DNA of 64,000 nucleotides from Yoonia sp. (GTDB lineage Bacteria; Pseudomonadota; Alphaproteobacteria; Rhodobacterales; Rhodobacteraceae): NCBI GenBank assembly GCA_029250945.1, contig JAQXEG010000011.1, positions 38,727 to 102,726 of the forward strand, read 5' to 3'. Shown piece by piece: positions 61,182 to 64,000 of this stretch (position 1 is its first letter; each line of letters starts with the position of its first letter). The notes under the pieces were generated by a model. It saw only the letters and a program-made list of their open reading frames with translations, ran no database searches and was not told where the DNA came from. The position numbers and the translations under genes were made by a program.

Positions 61182-61907
61182 ATGGACGCCAGAATGAATT
61201 TGCGGATTGCAGCCCTTTTGATGATGACCGGATTGGCCGGATGCGCGACGCCGCCGCAGCCTTTGCCTGTCACCGCGTCCGGTATCCCCGAATTTGCGAT
61301 TCCGACGCTTAGCGGGCGGACCGCCGTGCGCAATTTCATCAAGGTTATCGAAACGGTTGAACCCGTCGCCGAGGATTTCTGTCGCGCCGAACGCCCCGAT
61401 CTGAACTGTGATTTCCAGATTGTCGTGGATGACACACCGGGCGAGGGGCCAAATGCGTTCCAGACCCTTGATGATAACGGGCGGCCCGTCATTGCATTTA
61501 CGATCCCACTGATTGCCCTGGCGCGCAATATTGATGAGCTGGCGTTCATCATGGCCCATGAGGCGGCGCATCACATCGCGGGCCACATCCCCCGACAAAG
61601 GCAAAGCGCGCTTGCAGGGGCGCGGCTGTTGGGCGGGATCGCGGCTGTGGTGTCTGGCGGGCGCGAAGACAGCATTAAGGCAGGCGTTGAACTGGGCGCC
61701 AAGATCGGTGCACGTACCTATTCCAAAGCGTTCGAGCTTGAGGCCGACGCGCTGGGTACACGCATCGCGGCGCGTGCCGGCTATGATCCGGTGCGCGGGG
61801 CAGCGTTCTTTTTGCGTATCCCTGATCCGGGGGATGAATTCCTTGGGTCGCATCCGGCAAACGGGGACCGGCTGTCCACGATACGCGCCGTCGCGTCACA
61901 ACTGTAA
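61182..61907 (+). CDS. M48 family metallopeptidase lipoprotein
   Basis: 241 aa. Lipobox LAGC, zinc motif HEAAHH. Confidence 0.88.
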   Translation: MDARMNLRIAALLMMTGLAGCATPPQPLPVTASGIPEFAIPTLSGRTAVRNFIKVIETVEPVAEDFCRAERPDLNCDFQIVVDDTPGEGPNAFQTLDDNGRPVIAFTIPLIALARNIDELAFIMAHEAAHHIAGHIPRQRQSALAGARLLGGIAAVVSGGREDSIKAGVELGAKIGARTYSKAFELEADALGTRIAARAGYDPVRGAAFFLRIPDPGDEFLGSHPANGDRLSTIRAVASQL

Positions 61908-61954
61908 CGGGTCGGAAACGGGGCTTGTTGCGCGCAAATCAATGGTGCATCAAT

Positions 61955-62110
61955 TGGGCGTTCTCGGGGCGGGGTGCGATTCCCCACCGGCGGTAATTGG
62001 GATGCGTTCCATCAGCCCGCGAGCGCCTTGTGCCTTCACCGGCAAAAGGGTCAGCAGATCAGGTGCCATTCCTGAGCCGACGGTATAGTCCGGATGCAAG
62101 AGAACACAGA
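61955..62110 (+). promoter_or_regulatory. FMN riboswitch (RFN element)
   Basis: P1 stem GTTCTC (61960-65) pairs with GAGAAC (62100-05). Conserved cores GGGGCGGGGTGCGATTCCCCACCGGCGGTAA, AGCCCGCGAGCG, GTCAGCAGATCAGGTG and CTGAGCCGACGGTATAGTCCGGATG. Lies about 80 nt upstream of ribH. Confidence 0.9.
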
Positions 62111-62188
62111 TTTCGGTGCCTGATGTCAGGGGCCGGGCTTTGTGTGCTGCGCCTTTGAGGACTGTGTTAAACCTGAAGGAGCAAACCA

Positions 62189-62626
62189 ATGACACCCACC
62201 CGTTACGCATTCATCAAAGCGGCTTGGCATAGTCATATCGTCGATCGTGCGCTTGATGGCTTTTGCGCGGTGATTGATCCCGAACTGGTCGACGTCTTTG
62301 ATGTGCCCGGCGCGTTCGAGATGCCGCTTCTGGCGCGTGACCTTGCCAATACCGGCAAATACGGTGCGGTTGCAGCGGCGGCATTGGTTGTGGACGGGGG
62401 CATCTACCGGCACGACTTTGTGGCCAGCGCTGTTGTTGACGGGCTGATGCGGGCGGGCATGGACAGTGGTGTGCCTGTGCTGTCGGTATCGCTCACGCCG
62501 CATCATTTCCAAGAAACCGATCACCACAATGCGATCTATACGGCGCATTTCGTGGAAAAGGGGCGCGAGGCGGCCAATGCCGCGCTGAAGATCGTGGCAA
62601 CGCGGGCTGCCATTACACCGGCCTAG
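62189..62626 (+). CDS. ribH: 6,7-dimethyl-8-ribityllumazine synthase (RibH2-type)
   Basis: 145 aa (YAFIKAAWHSHIVD...DVPGAFEMPLLA). Preceded by GAAGGAG and the FMN riboswitch. Confidence 0.9.
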   Translation: MTPTRYAFIKAAWHSHIVDRALDGFCAVIDPELVDVFDVPGAFEMPLLARDLANTGKYGAVAAAALVVDGGIYRHDFVASAVVDGLMRAGMDSGVPVLSVSLTPHHFQETDHHNAIYTAHFVEKGREAANAALKIVATRAAITPA

Positions 62627-62685
62627 GCTGTAAACGGATCAGGATCAGCGCCGCCGCAAGGTTGAAGGCGCTGAACAGTCTGATC

Positions 62686-63288
62686 TTAGGTCAGTGCCGC
62701 AGTGCCAACAGCAATCGTGGCAAAGAAACACGCAGAGGCCACAACAACAAACTCGTGCCAGATTGCGGTCGAAAATGGCATAGATTTGGCCGCGTAAATG
62801 GGCATGCCCGCCGTGTAGATCAGACCACCTGCGGCGATCAGCCAGATGCCTTGCGTGGGCACAATCGGCACCAGTGCCCAGATCAAAAATACGCTCAGCT
62901 ATCCTATGACAAGATACAGCGCAGGCCCATACCGCCCTGGTTTTTGCCAGAAAACAGCTTCAAGGTGATGCCGATCGCGGCCAAGACCCAGACGATTGCA
63001 AGGATGGAATAGGCAAACCAGCCGCCGATCATCATCACAAGCGGCGTTATCAATACGGCGCAACATTGGGCGCGGCCCGTCAAAGGGCATCATGTTATTG
63101 GTGGTCGAGGCCGCGAAGGTCGCAATCAATGCGATGCCATAGATGGCGAGCGCGATCATGACACCGACGCTGACCATGCCTGACGCCCACATCAGCAACA
63201 TGATGGCACCGGTCAACGCGCCTAGCACGCCAATCGTGTGCACAGTGCTGTCGGCGATACGTTCGGGGATGGTGGCGTTGGGAAACAT
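62686..63288 (-). pseudogene. hemolysin III / PAQR family channel protein with two frameshifts and one in-frame TAG
   Basis: AGGAG precedes the ATG at 63288. The N-terminal frame runs to ...MLRRIDNAA, the middle section is in another frame (LVMMIGGWFAYSILAIVWVLAAIGITLKLF), and the original frame returns at ...RYGPALYLVIG*LSVFLIWALVP.... The TAG at 62899-62901 replaces the Trp of the conserved YL.(M/I)GW motif. Confidence 0.8.
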
Positions 63289-63443
63289 GCGGTCGCTCCT
63301 TTGGGCCTTCAGTTTAGATGCGCAGCGGTTTTGGTCAAATGTGACCAAGGTTCAGTCGCTTGGGCTTGGCAAAGGGGTGCCGATCTTGGACAATGGTACA
63401 AAGCGGAAGGGTGGCAATGGAACGTACGATTTTAAAGCGGGGT

Positions 63444-63465
63444 GATGGGTTAAACCCATCCTACG
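63444..63465 (-). repeat. REP-type element copy g (minus orientation)
   Basis: The minus strand reads CGTAGGATGGGTTTAACCCATC. Located just upstream of the YigZ-like gene. Confidence 0.8.
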
Positions 63466-63828
63466 TTGATGCGCATTATTGATGACGTCCTGACCGATCG
63501 CGGATCGAAATACGCGGTATCAGGCGGACCAGCCGCGTCATCCGCTGACGCCAAGGCGTTTATCAAAACGCTGTGCCGGACCAAGAAATTCGCCAAGGCC
63601 ACCCATAACACATGGGCGCTGATCCTGCCCGATGGCACGCCCATCAAGAACGATGACGGCGAAAGCGGCGCGGGTATGGTGATCTTGCGGATGCTGGAAC
63701 GCGAAGGCCGCGTGGGCGAGATCGTGGTGGTCACCCGCTGGTTTGGTGGCAAGCACCTTGGCGGGGATCGTTTCCGGCGGGTGCAAGACTGTGTCCGCGT
63801 GTGGTTTGATCAGGTCGCAGCGCGCTGA
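63466..63828 (+). CDS. YigZ/IMPACT family protein (N-terminal domain only)
   Basis: 120 aa. Motifs DRGSKY and VVTRWFGGKHLG. Confidence 0.8.
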   Translation: MMRIIDDVLTDRGSKYAVSGGPAASSADAKAFIKTLCRTKKFAKATHNTWALILPDGTPIKNDDGESGAGMVILRMLEREGRVGEIVVVTRWFGGKHLGGDRFRRVQDCVRVWFDQVAAR

Positions 63829-64000
63829 CGTCGCAGGTGCCAGCGGTAGATTAATGGGGCCAGCACGCGGTCATAGGCCAACGATGCAATCCAATGAATG
63901 CCCGGCAAATTGACTACCCGCGCCAGCCAACGGTAGCGTGGCATCTGGTTCCACAAAATGATGAAAGCCGGAATGCCAGATGTCAGCTCACCATCATGGG
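63810..64000 (-). CDS. DCC1-like thiol-disulfide oxidoreductase (DUF393), 3' end only
   Basis: My own translation of the minus strand gives ...IPAFIILWNQMPRYRWLARVVNLPGIHWIASLAYDRVLAPLIYRWHLRRQRAAT*. The gene continues beyond the window edge. Confidence 0.55.
   Translation of the reverse strand, partial: HDGELTSGIPAFIILWNQMPRYRWLARVVNLPGIHWIASLAYDRVLAPLIYRWHLRRQRAAT

Overview
This is a GC-rich alphaproteobacterial chromosomal segment. Gene content and order look like Rhodobacteraceae (roseobacter type). About 70 genes are present, almost all housekeeping:
- DNA repair and topology: Lhr-type helicase plus PdeM, TopA, DprA.
- Respiration: the aa3 cytochrome oxidase cluster coxB-ctaB-ctaG-ctaE-surf1.
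- Metabolism: scoAB, thrC, purEK, sat/cysC, trxB, proC, tdk, carB, aspS, mce, and an FMN-riboswitch-controlled ribH.
- Stress: groESL with a CIRCE operator, and hsp20 with a sigma32-like promoter.

I found no rRNA, tRNA, CRISPR array, IS element, integrase, prophage or recognisable defence island.

Five things stand out:
1. Accessory genes are selectively inactivated. At least 11 loci carry nonsense, frameshift or deletion lesions, including a gutted Tad/Cpa pilus locus, alternative oxidase, hemolysin III and DUF1800/DUF1501. Every long core gene is intact.
2. The internal stops are almost all amber: 7 TAG, 1 TAA, 0 TGA.
3. A REP-type hairpin family with a GTAG head (CGTAGGATGGGTTTTAACCCATC) occurs at 7 loci. 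One locus is a head-to-head doublet, and several copies carry compensatory stem changes.
4. A second, roughly 55-nt repeat fills three convergent gene gaps.
5. An EPS-type MarR regulator is fused in frame to the PAPS-synthesis enzyme.

Coordinates that I read by eye rather than took from the ORF track may be off by 1-2 nt.
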